From: Takakia lepidozioides
Taxonomy: Eukaryota > Plantae > Bryophyta
Reading direction: 5' to 3'
Length of the DNA: 64,000 nucleotides
Assembly (NCBI GenBank): GCA_030704615.1
Contig: CM060731.1
Location: 32,736,001-32,800,000 of the forward strand
The translations under genes and the position numbers were made by a program. The notes beneath the pieces were generated by a model. It worked only from the letters and a program-made list of their open reading frames with translations, did not search any database and had not been told where the DNA came from. Shown in pieces: positions 48,878 to 61,424 of the stretch; the first letter of the stretch is position 1; each line of letters opens with the position of its first letter.

Positions 48878-51800
48878 ATGGGGTCGGGCAAGCCAAAGCG
48901 AAAGCGGAACGGCCCGAAAGATGATGATCCCGGTGGGCCCGATGGGGGCGACGTGTCACCGAAGCGGCCATTTGAGGAAGCAACACATGCTTTTGAATAC
49001 GAGGCCTCTCAAGAACGGGAGGAATCTGAGGAGTCGGAGCCCGAGGAATCCCTGAGAGCTCCGACAGACCAACAGATGTCTCCCATGCCAGCAGCCTTTT
49101 GGGAAGGGTTGTTGGCGCAGTTTGGCGAGACGTTGAGAGATGTGTTGAAGGCGGCTAATGTCACTTCCACTAAGGCAAAATTTAAGGTGAAGCCTAAGGA
49201 ACCCGACACCTTTGAGGGCGTCCGAAATCGGAAGGCACTCAACACCTGGCTCTTGGAGCTAGAGCAGTACTTCCGGGCGTCCAAGTTGAGTGACGAGGAT
49301 TAGGTGGAAATGGCTCCCACCTATTTGAGGGGCTATGCTCAACAATGGTGGCAGAAACGCCTTCACGACCGAGGTCCAAACCCGGAAACCTTCAACTGGA
49401 GTGGGTTCAAGGAACTGATGAAGAGACAGTTTGTGCCCCTCAACGCGTCCTGGCTCGCCCGGGGACAATATGAGGAATTTGAAGCAAACGGATGACATTC
49501 GGGGATATGTTCAGGCTTTCAATGTGCTGTTGCTCGAAGTCGCGGACATGGCAGAACCAGAAATGCTCTTCAACTTTGTGGCGGGCCAGATGGAAGTTGG
49601 AGGAGAAGCCACCTAAGACTTTGAACGAGGCAATTGAGAAGGCTGAATGTTTCTCAGATGTCCCTAGGGGCGAAAGACAAGGCCGTATGGAGCTGAACCA
49701 CAAGAAGACCTGGCAGGAGGGTGACTCATTTCGACCGGAAAAGAAGTGGGATAGGCCACGCGAAGACAATGGCACGTGGAAATCGAATGGAGGGCCTTCA
49801 CAAGCCAAGACAACACCCAGTGCTCCGTAAGGAAAATCAGGTGCGACGCCTTATGGCAGACAAAAGGCGACCTTCGATGGAGTGTCCTTCAATTGTAGGG
49901 AACCCGGGCACATGGCCAAGAAGTGTACGAATCCCCGGCAATTGAACATGACTCGGACAACCACGGAGTTGCCCGAAGCTTCCATCAGCCGCTTGGTGGA
50001 GGCGATGGTCGCCAAGACTTGCAAGGTAGGCAACTACACTTGTTAGTTGTATCAGGAAACTGGCGCCTTGCGTAAAGGGAGTCAGTTAATGTTTGTGAGT
50101 GGGATAATCTCCGGAACTAACGTGTCGTTGTTGATGGACACAGGAGCGTCGCACTCCTTCATGACACCGGCAACGGCACGGAAGTTGGGACTCCCAACAA
50201 GTGATGTGGGGGCCTCTATTGAGGTGCATTCTGCTAAAAGAGAACCACAATTGGCGACGAGGTTGGCGTTCGATGTTCCTCTTCAGCTCGGGAGTTGGGA
50301 GGGACGTGAAAATTTCACCATTTGCGAGATCGATGGAGTGGATCTCATTTTGGGGATGACCTTTTTGAGCAGATCCGGAGCGGTCATAAATGGCCGCAAG
50401 GGAGTAGTCACGCTACCGTGTGGGAATGGTGGCGAAGTTTTACGAGTGTCGGAAACGCCCAACCCCGTGGGAGGGCAAATAAACCTTCTGTCAGCAAGAG
50501 AGTGGGCCGTGGAGGAGTCACACGAGCCCCAGTTTTTGCTTTATGTAAGACAAGTGAAGGGAGAAGGCGATGGGGAGCCGAGCCCAGATTGGATCAAGGG
50601 AATTTTGGAGAAATACCAGGATGTGATGCCGGAGGATTTACCAAGCGGCTTGCCACCGCGAAGGGGAGTTGACCACAAGATTGAGGTGATACCGGGATCG
50701 GAGCCGCCTGCCAAGGCGCCCTACCGGTTGAGCCACAGAGAGTTGGTCGAGCTGAAGACTCAGCTCAAGGATCTAATGTCAAAAGGGTACATCCGGCCGA
50801 GTAAGTCACCTTACGGAGCCCCGGTCCTATTCGTAGACAAGAAAGATGGGACGCTGCGGATGTGAGTCGACTACAGGGCTTTGAATAAGGTGACTATCAA
50901 GAACCGGTACCCTTTGCCGAGAATCGACAACCTCTTCAATCGGTTGGCAGGAGCGAAGTATTTCAGCCGGATCGATTTGCGCTTCGGCTACCATCAAATC
51001 CGAGTGGCGGAAGGAGACGAGGAGAAAACCGCGTGTAGGACAAGATATGGTTCGTATGAGTTCTTGGTGATGCCTTTTGGACTCACCAACGCACCCGCGA
51101 CCTTTAGCACGCTGATGAACAACCTTTTCCGGGAGTGGTTAGATGACTTTGTGATCATGTACATCGACGACATCTTGGTATATTCAAAAACAAAGGAGGA
51201 GCACCTGGAGCACCTCAAAATGGTGTTCCAGAAATTGCGGGAAAGGAAGCTGTATGCCAAAGCTTCAAAGTGCAAATTTGGGGTCACAAAAGTGGAGTTC
51301 CTGGGGCATGTGATTACACAGGATGGGATCAAAATGGATGATTGAAAGGTGAGGGCGATCTTGGACTGGGAGCCTCCGACTTCGGTCCCGGGAGTGCGAT
51401 CCTTCCTAGGACTCGCCTCATATTACCAGAAGTATGTGAGAAATTTCGCCAAGATCGCGGGGCCGCTGTCAGACCTCTTGTGTAAATCCAAAGTCTGGGT
51501 ATGGAACACCTTTTGTGGTCAAGCTTTTGTCGAGTTGAAGCAACGGAAGTTAGAGAAAGAGAGAAATCCGTGTCGGTGGGGAATGACTCGTTCACCCTGG
51601 AAACAAATTTCTATCGATCTCATATTTGGTCAGGGCTCATATCTAGGTATGTTCAACATATCCACAAAGTTTGAGGAAAAAAAAAATCTTTGTCAATGGG
51701 GAATAACTCATTTATCTTGCAAATAAATTATCACATATTCGATCGGGGCTTCTTCTAGGTATGTTCAACATACCCGCAAAGTTTAAGAACGATCAAAATT

Positions 51801-53096
51801 CATGTTGATGGGGAATGAGTGGTTCACCCTGTAAATAAATTTGTATCGAACTCATATTAGGTCAGGGCTTGTATGTAGGTATGTTCAACATACCCACAAA
51901 GGGAGGAGGCCGAGGAGTATGTCAAGACATGCACCACATGCCAACAAAATCTGAGCGAGTACAAAAAGCAAGTGGGGCTGTTACAACCCTTTCCGATTCC
52001 AGAGGGATCTTGGAAAAGTGTCTCGATGGATTTCATGACTGCTATGCCGCGGTCAAAATGATTCGATGCAATCACGGTGGTGGTGGTAGATAGGTTCAGT
52101 ACAATGGGCCATTTCATCCCCACCAAGGAGACGGCAACGGCACAGGAGACGGGGCGACTTTACTTCGCCCACGTCTTCAATAATCATGGACTCCCAAAGG
52201 ATATTGTCTCGGACCGCGATCCAAAGTTTACGAGTAAATTTTGGAGGGCACTTTGGAAGAAGATGGGGACGAGGCTCAAGATGAGCACTGCCTTCCGACC
52301 TACGATGGACGGCCAAATGGAAAGGATGAATTCCGTGGTGAAGCAGATCTTGCGGAATTACGTGTCGGCGGACCAATCGGGCTGGGTGGAGCACTTGGAC
52401 GCGGCAGAGTTCTGTTATAATAACACAAAACACTCCGCAACGGGTGTTTCCCCTTTCGTATTGGTCTATGGAAAAGCACCTATAGTGCCGACAAGTTGGG
52501 CTGCCCAAGACGTTGAGGAACTGGCAGCAGCTGCGGTGTTGGAGGAACGCGAGCGCTTGTTGAAGCTCGCAAAGTACAACATCGTCAAAGGTAGGAAATG
52601 GTATGAACGGCAGGCAAATCGGAAGCGGAGGGAAGTCAAGTTTGAGGCAGGCACGGAGGTCTGGTTGAACATCAAGAATTTTTGACTACCTCCAGAAGTG
52701 AGTCCGAAGTTCGTACCTCCGTATGCGGGACCCTTTCGCATCCGGAAGGTTATGAATGAGGATGTATATGAATTGGAGCTACCGGCAAACAGCAAGGTGC
52801 ATCCGGTATTCCACGTCTCCATTTTGAAGCCTTACTTCAAAGATGAAGCGCGTCCGAATCGGCATCAAATGTTGCGTCCGCCACATGTGCTGTTGGATCA
52901 TGAAAATGAACCTGAGTACGAGGTGGAGGCAGTGCTTAAGTCGAGGAGGTTCAAGAATCGAGAAACGGAGTATTTCGTGAAATGGAAGGGCTATCATCAT
53001 GTGGAAGCATCTTGGGTGCATGCCTCAGAAATGAGAAACGCATCCGAGGCGGTTGCAGCTTTCGAAGGGCGACCTCAAAAGCGGAAGAAGCGTTGA
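48878..53096 (+). pseudogene. Disrupted gag-pol with chromodomain integrase
   Basis: MGSGKPKR start, LMDTGAS, YIDD, IVSDRD, VHPVFHVS and chromodomain; premature stops at e.g. 49301, 50863, 51343 and 52683. Confidence 0.95.
51548..51900. repeat. Three ~112-120-bp satellite-like units replacing the RNase H region
   Basis: Recurring TGGGGAAT...TAGGTATGTTCAACATA(C/T)CC(A/G)CAAAG; absent from gypsy copy 1. Confidence 0.88.
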
Positions 53097-56039
53097 TAGG
53101 GACATCAACCTTGGATCGTGGGGGAGGAAATGCATGCTTAGCCCAGCTTAGCTAGCGCATGAATTCGATTGCAAAAACTTGTGTTGTACAAATTTTGTTA
53201 TAAATGAAATGGTTTTCAAATGTTGCGCCTCCTATTTTGTTTGGAATGGTGATGCATGGTATGGTTGGCTAGTGTGTAAAATGCATGCTAGCTTACAAAA
53301 GTGGGAGAGGTAAATTGGATTAATCGTGTGTTTGCACAGTGCCGAAATCGGGTGACTCATATCCAAGGGGCAAGGAAACTTGCGTCTTCTTTGGGAGTTC
53401 ACGTGCTAGTGCGCACCTCGCGCGTGTGCGTACTATAATTGCGCTACCGAAGGGGTTGCCTTGTAGTGCGGGCTAACGCGGAAGCTACGTGCTTCCGTTC
53501 ACGTACTATAATCGTGTAACCTCGGGACAAAGTCGTAGTGCGGCTTCGGCGTGTTCCCGTACCTCAGGCCAGCATTCCAAGGCGGACCCAATTGTAGTGA
53601 TTGGGGCGCACGGTTGGTTCAAGGTTATCTTCCTAGTAAAAAAGGGTTCAAGGTGAACCCTTGCTCAAGGTGATGCCAAAAGCGGCATCATGAGTGGTAG
53701 CAAGCAATGTTGTTGCAGTAAGGCGATTTGATCCTCGGGGAGGATCGTTCCTTGGCCGTGAAGTGGGCCAAAAAGAGTGCACTGGGAGGAGCTTGAGAGG
53801 CTCCACCCTTGGCCGGGACTTAGAGAAAGTCGGCGGAACTAGCTAGTGGAGAGTAGAGTCAAGTATGGGGTTTGGTTCTTTGTCATGGGACGCCATGGTG
53901 CGGAAACAACTCCTTGATGTGGGACGCCACAACTTGGATGTTCGTTTCTACAAAATGGACAAGTTGATGAGGACATCAACTCCCTGTTGGTAGGGGTGTG
54001 TGTCGCGGCCCTTTGCCTTGAGGGCAGGAGGTCGGAACGTAGAGGGGCTGCTCCTGTGGTGGGGGCAGTGGCAGCAATAGGTACGGGGAGCTGAAGCACC
54101 CTTGAGTGCCCAAGGCACTCAAGGAGGCGGAGGCGCTCACTAGGTGGAGCCCCGCACACCGGATTGCGATGGGGGTGGCTCCACAAGGGGAGGTGGTAGC
54201 TTAGTGGGACTTAGTGGGGGTGGCATAGGACTCACCGTGGGGCGGAGACCTTGTGGTGGGAGTCGTGGGGGGTCTTGGGACTCACCACGGTCCAATGGGG
54301 CCGTGGTGGGTGGGCCAAGACTCACCGTGACTCATCACCGGGAATCGAGGGTCTTCGTGGTGGTTCGCCATAAAATGACATGGTTGTTTGTGAAACCCCC
54401 GCGGACAGTCACAGAAGTATATATAGGGAGTAGTAACCCCGAGAACGGTGCAAGCCTGTTGGTGACCAAAAACTAGCGAGTAAGCGAGCGAGCCGGAAAG
54501 CGACCAAGGAGTGGGGAGCTATTCCGGACTGCCATCTACCAAAGGGAATTTCCACTAGGCCCAAATTGGTGGAGGGTCTGTTGGGGGAAGAAATGGGGAC
54601 CATTATGTCCCGATGAGCAGCCGAAGCTCCGAGTTGGCTCGGCGGCCAGGTTGGGAGTCAGGCGCGCGCATCAAAGCGAGTAACTATGACTTGAAGGGGA
54701 GCTTACCGAAGTGAGGTGCGCGACAACCACCCTCTGCCCTGTTCCCCGCCAATACCATACACTTCTTAGAATTCACATTCTGCCATGACCGCTACCCCAG
54801 CTCCTCCATCCTCGAGAAATGCCACAAATATGCATCACTTATTCTTGCTATCCACAAGAGGGGATGGGCCGCAGGCCCCCTCAATGTTGTCATCACTGCT
54901 GGTACCAAATGGGGTATCCACAATGCCAGCATCTTTGAACTTCACAATAACTTTAAACTCCCCATCATTTTAATCCACAAATGCTTCAAAGCCATACAAC
55001 TCAGGACCCTCTGTTCTCTCACTGCCATTATCACCAACAAACGACAGCTCGAATCAAACCTCGCTTTTGCCTCATAGATACATATAGCTGGTTACCTGCC
55101 CCTGGGTGCCATGCGGTACCGTCTCTACCGGAGGCCTCCCCCCCAGACTGGTTACTTGGTGTCCGCTAGACACCGGTTATTTTCACTTAGGGCCCACCCC
55201 TGAAAAGGTGCAGTAGCCGTAAGGCGAAGTGGCTCTTAGTTATGCCGGCCACGGCCGGAGTCTTCTCTAACTGCGACGTCCGGGGGTCGCTAATGCGGCA
55301 TCGCAGAGAAGGAATTTTTTTTTAAAAATTTTATTTTTATTTTTTTAACAACGCCCGGGGTTTGCAAGTCGGCCCGGCGTCACTTAGCGACCCCCATATG
55401 TCGCTAATTAGTGACGTTATTTTAGTGACGCCTCTGCAACGCCCGTCTAGGGCTGGTACCCCGCCTTAAAAGGGGGCATTTGCGATGCCGCGGCGTCACT
55501 AACCCCCCCCCCCCCCCTTTTTTTTTTCCTGCAGTGTACGTTCCAAGCAGCCTACAGAGTTCTTAAATAAGCTTCCGGTCTATTACACCTGAAGGAACCG
55601 TGACACCTACATACATCACGAGTATTTGTCACAGCTCTCCCCATGATAGTGAAGCAAGAGATGTTGTGAAGGGCCTCCACCATTGATGTGCTATGGTGCA
55701 TGGAAACTCCTTACAATCCACATTGTGACGTGTAACCAAAGGAAATACTGTTAGGTTGAAATAACTAAGAAAGCTTACAACATCAACTTTGGAGGCACCA
55801 AAAAAATCTAGACTTGGACAAGAAACCAAAAGTAACTTACACCTCCCCAACCAAGGGGAATGATCAAAACATGGTCATTCATCACAATTGAGCATTCATG
55901 CAAGTACAACTCGTACTTGTGAAACGACCTGCAAACTCTCTGCATTGGCTGGTTCACTTCCAATGGCTTGTAGCTCCTTTTGAAATCATGCTACTGCCTT
56001 CATCCAAACGACTCTTCAGTAGGCATGGACCCACTTTCT

Positions 56040-56155
56040 CATATTTACGTCACTATATAGACGACCCACACCAAGGAAGAGAGTGGTTCAGTTCCTATAA
56101 ACTTTTTGATTCTCCCATACCAATATATCTGGGAGATGGTAGCGCTCAACATCTG
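56040..56155 (+). mobile_element. Possible highly degenerate Ty1/copia protease-region remnant
   Basis: REWFSSYKLFDSPIPIYLGDGS resembles the copia segment following the DSGA..HM protease motif. Confidence 0.4.
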
Positions 56156-56161
56156 CAACGC

Positions 56162-56260
56162 CTTCCGCTAGGAAGGTGGGTGACACCAAGGGTGGATTGA
56201 ACCCACAACCACTTCTGAGGTGGTATGTGCCCATTACCACTGGGCTACAACTTGGTTGTC
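56162..56260 (-). mobile_element. 3'-truncated copy of the tRNA-derived SINE
   Basis: Reverse complement matches the first ~100 bp of 58380-58536, including A and B boxes. Confidence 0.8.
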
Positions 56261-56759
56261 AAAAGAAGCTATGTGTGTGAGAGAGAGAGAGAGCAAAGGG
56301 AGGGATCTCCTTGGATACCGTCCAATGTTTTTTTTTTTTCATTTTTCCAGAATCGCCACAGGGGTACATGCAAGTTCTACCCAGTGCCCATGTGGCGAAA
56401 TTAACAAGGTGGCATGGTTAGAAAGTGACTATATAACAGGTGGCACGCTTTAACAGGTCCACGTAGAAAAAATCAGACTGCTGAATTTCAACTACTGGTG
56501 CTTTGAGGCGAATTTTTTGATTTTTGCCCCCATAACTCCTTTGGACAAGTAGCTGACCCATTTTGGAGGTTGACCGGAAAACGCTTGTTTTCTATTATGC
56601 CCTACAATGCTTTTGGAATTTTATCTCTACTCTAGAAGGTAGATAATTCATGTAATAACATCCTGGATATCTTCAATCATCCATCAATGAAACACATAAG
56701 GAACACAAGAAACATGTGCCCAACTGGACCCACTCAGCATATACAGTAGAGTGCCCTGC

Positions 56760-57925
56760 TGAAGGCAAGGCCAACGAAGAAAAGCTTGTCTAGACTTTTG
56801 CACCTAAACTAAGACCCCTGCTACCCACACTGATGTTCGGCCATAATTAAGGTGGAAAGAGTTCATGAGGGAATGTCATGTGTTTTGCTTCATGTCATAC
56901 ATCAAAACTCGTTGAACATTTCTGCTCCAGCAGAATATGAGATTGTCATTGCTAACCACTTTGAAATAGTAGAGGGCCCAACTACTTCTTGCAATCTCCG
57001 CCCACTCTGCATCAGTCGTTGCAAAAACTTTTAACTCCCACACGCACATGATGGGTGGCACTTTGCGACCATGATCAAGATTCCCAACAAGCAATAGGCG
57101 CCCCCCACTCTCTACAAGCAATGGACCATCTATATTATAAACACTTCCGCAGAAATCAGGCATCTGTATATCAACTTTAGTCCACACACCGCTGCTAATG
57201 TTATAGGCCATCAAAAGGTAGACGCCAAGCAGCTCTGGTCCATGAAGTAGACCGAAGAGAGTAGGGCGACATGTCACACTTGCTGAACACCAGTCCCGAT
57301 CACCAACTGTTGGCATCTTTCCAGTCTCGGTCCAACACTCGCGAATTGAGTCATAGATGTGTGTTCTCCAAAGTCTAGTGTCATTGTCGCGATACTCGAA
57401 TGATACCACAATGACATTGTAGCTCTTGGTGCATCTATCCACAATCAAATGTACTCTTGGCACTTCGAGACGTGATGGATTGTGAGGCAGGGCAGGCAAT
57501 TGTCTGATAGTGTTCAGGAGAGGATTATACACAAACCATGATACGTCATGATCGCCCTCATTGCGCTCGTCCGTTAGGCAAAATAAGCCTCCATCTGCAG
57601 CACGAGCTCTACATGGTGAAATATCCTTGGGGAATTTGAGGTCGATCAGATGGATCAAAACATCTGGGCTTAGTACGTATCTGGTTAAACACCAGACGTA
57701 GGATTCTTCGTGAAGAGAGAGCTGCTGACAGAGTTGTTGGAAACTAGCAGTAGATGGGAGGGAATTCCACAACTTGCAAACCGACTTAAAGCAGACAAGA
57801 CTTTGGTAGGGCAAAGGGCCAACACTACCATCACTAACTCGAAAGGGAGCATGCTCCAAATCTCCTCCTTATATTGCCGAGGTGGGGTCGGTGACAAAAC
57901 CTCTCCAATCGTGTTCTTGTGATCC
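56760..57925 (-). pseudogene. F-box/kelch-like repeat protein pseudogene
   Basis: F-box split by a frameshift near 57815 (EEIWSMLPFELVMVVLA / LPYQSLVCFKSVCKLWNSL). AADGGLFC, VYNPL, IYDS...W and LVESGGRLLLVG follow. TGA at 56876 falls where Trp is expected (YDMKQNT*). Confidence 0.82.
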
Positions 57926-58379
57926 TAAACTTAACGGAGCACGGGGGAGAAAAATTAGGGGAAAGAAAGACTTAGCCCTGAGCCTCTAAGAATTCACAGC
58001 CACGAGCCCAACTATTGTTGGTATTTGCTATCAAAAGCCTCGCTACTGCATTGCTATTCTGGTACTTGGGTGAAAGCAAGCTACGGTGGCTCAGTAAAAC
58101 TATAAGATCATCATTTATGCAGTACATACTTATTCTCTATTGACCCATAAGGCTTTACATTCTATGAAAAAGATCAATTGGGACTCATATAGTGTACTCT
58201 TACTACAACATAGTTACCCACTTTAAAGCATCATCAATCAATTTATAAATAATTGGAAGTATTGGACTTTTGAAAAAGTCGTGGTCAAATGTAATAGTAC
58301 ACAAATGTTGTCGTTATGGACTTTTTTCTTTCATGGTACATACCAAAATGAAAAAAATGACTCACTTTAAAGAGACACT

Positions 58380-58536
58380 GACAACCAACATGTAGCCCAG
58401 TGGTAATGGGCACATACCACGTTGGATGTGGTTGTGGGTTCAAACCACCGTCTGGTGTGTCATGAAGGTGTCCACCTTCCTGCTGGAAGCTAGTAGCCCT
58501 TCGGGGTCAAGTCTTCAGGAGGCGTCGTACTTTTTT
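58380..58536 (+). mobile_element. tRNA-derived SINE, full length with T-tail and TSD
   Basis: A box TAGCCCAGTGG, B box GGTTCAAACC, oligo-T end, and TSD (TTT)AAAGAGACACT at 58366-58379 and 58537-58550. Confidence 0.88.
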
Positions 58537-59114
58537 TTTAAAGAGACACTTTTCTTAAAAGAAACTAAAATGACAAATCTAATAGATTAATATATTTCAA
58601 ATATGTAAATTTCATGTACTTTTAAGTACCCTAAAAAGCAATGAATTTTCAAATTTTTCTATAGGAGGAAAATGAATGAATTAAAGAAACTCCCTTCATT
58701 GAAAATGTATATTTTGCCTATTACAAAGGATCGCCAAGAAAGATATGGATTTTTTCATGTAATTATAGGTTTAGGGTTTATTGTTTAGGGTTGACTTTAG
58801 GATTTCAACAACTTAATCTAATCACATTTTTTATTTATTAAAATAAATTTGCCTTATATGTCTATCAACTTTCTCATTCAATGCATTGCATTTTCATTTT
58901 TCAAACTTTACCCAAAAATGTTGTGTACTTCTGAATCAGGTCGCTGGAAAATTTTGATTGGATGAAAATCATCTAGATGAATTCGGATGAATTCAAGCCC
59001 TAATGAAAAATGTAGGAAATTAAATTCTACGCCCTACTGTGTTCATGGCACCCCAAAAATCCTAAAGGACTGTCGGCAGGATTTTTTGGAAAGCGTAGGG
59101 GTACCCAAAAATCA

Positions 59115-60075
59115 GTGGCCCCAACCATGCAGCCCTTCATTCAACCTTTCTCCCTTCCCACTTTTCTGCCTCTGGCCATCTGGCCCTCCTGCATTCTTAC
59201 CAGAGTAAAAACAGAAATTGTAGACATATGAAGTCTCCGAGTCAGCATTGGCCCACACCTTTATGCCCCACTTGCATGGTTTCTTAGGCATATACATCAT
59301 AATTGGACAGTACCTCCCCTTGTAATGAATCATGACCTCATCAACGGTCACCATTTTGTTCAGATTCCAGAGGCTTTTACACCTATCAACAATCTCATCA
59401 CACACCCACCTTAGCTTTCCAAGCTTGTCGTAATTGCTACTCTTCCGATCCGCCACCAAAGTGGCGTTGTCAACAAGATGCAAACAACGGAGGATGGCCT
59501 CGTACCTATCTCTCGTCATCACTTTGCGGATGATAGGACAAGAGAAGAATTGCTCCGAGTGTTGCCAGTACAAGCGAGTTCGGGGCAACTTCTTCATGCC
59601 CATGAAGACACAAATGCCAATCCAAGCCCTCAACTCACGAACAGTGAGCTCTTTCCACTTAGGCCCCTCACGAGTGCCCGCACCCAAAGCCTCACATGCA
59701 TAACGATTGGACTCCCTACATATCCGTGCAAGCACATATTGTCTCCAAAACAACGAAAGAACCAAACAGGATGTGAGCCCTTCATATCTAGCAGGTAGGG
59801 ACCAAGTACAGGGCCAGTAAAAGCACCTCTATCAGTTGCAAACTCAGAGCCAACATTGGACTCCCAAGTCGCAGGCTTGAACGTCTTGACAAAATCGGCG
59901 GTTGGCTCCTCATCGCACTCCATGTCAACCCCATCATTCTCCCAGTCGCATTCATCCCCCATTCATTGGCAAAGTCCCCCATGTAGCCATCGTCACCCTC
60001 AAAATCCTCGTCCATGTCCGACGAGGCCTCATCATGCCCAAAACTCCCATTAGAAGACCCCTCCCCAAAATTCAC
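59115..60075 (-). pseudogene. piggyBac transposase N-terminal half (inverted)
   Basis: Acidic N-terminus, then FTGP...PVWFF, ELRAWIG..VFMG, MTRDRYEAILRCLH, VTVDEVMIHYKGR (D1), YMPKKPCKWGIKVW, YVYNF..YSGK, ending EGLHGWGH. Frameshifted. Confidence 0.9.
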
Positions 60076-61424
60076 AGTACCCCCAGCACCCCACTATTGG
60101 GATGCAACTCCCTCAAAGCCACCCGACCCACGGCCACCATCCTCCCCGGACTCAGAGACCCGCCAACACACCCTACATTCACCGGCACACCACCAGCCTC
60201 TCCCCCAATCCCAGAATTCACTCCATGACTAGTTTTTTTCCTGACGACACCCTTGGGAGGTGCTGTCACACTTGCAGGAAGAGACCTCTTTGCACGAGCC
60301 AAAACCTTCAGACGACTGACTGTTGGCATCGGGCCAGACATCTTCTCTCAACACAGAATTCACAACCTCACTAAAACCGTCCTTGTCACCCTCCTCTCTT
60401 CTCTCTCTCCACTTAGAACAAGAGCAACTTGACGTCTAAACAGGAAATGGAAGTTGTGAGGGCGAGGGTGGCGAGGCCAGCGATTGGCACCTGGCGGGGA
60501 AGGCAAGCTTAACAGGAAGTCAGGAGAAAGGCAGCCCAAGATTACCTTGCACTGCTCCTCAGTGCAATGCTGTTCTTGCATCGCCCATTCTCTTATAACC
60601 TGGGCTGCAGCTGCAATATGCTTGGGTGGAGGAGGTGGTGGCTCAGGTGCAACAAGGGCCTTGCGCTTAGGTGCCATTGATTCCCTACCACCCAGACAGC
60701 TCACCCCAATCACTACAAGCCTACGTACACAACAAAAAAACAAATCCCCAAATCTGATGCCCACATCAAGAAACACAAAACCCAAGCATTACCATCCCTG
60801 ACGGCATGGCTGTAATGGATCTAATGGATCTAATGGATCTAATCAGTTGGCATGCAGAACCCTAGCACTAGCTGAATGCAGCATAAGCAAGAGGTGTAAA
60901 GAGAAAAGCACAAAGAAGGAAAATGGGCGAGCTTGTACCTAAGGCGAACAGACGGCTGCGCATTGAATTCGTGGCTGCGCAGCCCTTCTCGCACCTCGTA
61001 AATGTAGGTGGAGCAGTAGATATAAACGCAGTGGCCAGCTCTAAAGACAAACAAAAGCTCCGCGGCGCAAAACGGAACAGTGGCCCGCACACACCCACAT
61101 CGCAAAGAGCCCAAATAAGCGCACAAAGAAAACAATCAAGCGCATGCCGGGCTAAATAGGATCAACACAGGAAGGAAGAAGGAGCGTAAAAGGAAGATAT
61201 GCACACAACAAGCTGCGAGCCCTCGACATGCACAAACGAGAGAGAACGAAAGACGCGAAGTGCCCGTCCCTCCCACCTCCCGCCACCCTTCGCGCGTGCT
61301 GGGGGGATATGTGGCTGTCCACACAGGCGGACATGCAGCCCCCGGTGGCACCCGTCGCCACCAAACGCATGAACCCCACCCCATCCAGCCGGCCACGTGG
61401 CAGGTCAACCTTGCTGGAGGGCCC

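Larger units (their letters stand above)
48126..54725 (+). mobile_element. Full-length Ty3/gypsy chromovirus with both LTRs, defective
   Basis: LTRs 48126-48822 and 54001-54725 (TG...CA), perfect TSD ACCAC, mutated PBS TGATATCAGAGC. gag-PR-RT-IN order with C-terminal chromodomain EYEVEAVL...EYFVKWKGY...SW. Multiple stops; RNase H deleted. Confidence 0.97.
47310..55536. mobile_element. Non-autonomous CACTA/EnSpm element containing a nested gypsy element
   Basis: Begins CACTACTGCAAAAGAGGGGGG and ends ...CCCCTTTT...CCTGCAGTG. 3-bp TSD TAC at 47307-47309 and 55537-55539. GCGACG/CGTCGC-type subterminal repeats at both ends. Confidence 0.82.

Noticed and set aside
58380-58460. Functional tRNA gene
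   Set aside because: A and B boxes are present but there is no convincing cloverleaf; the unrelated body, T tail and TSD indicate a SINE.
58990-59010. Left TIR of the large piggyBac
   Set aside because: Only CCCTAATG matches the candidate right end, and there is no TTAA.
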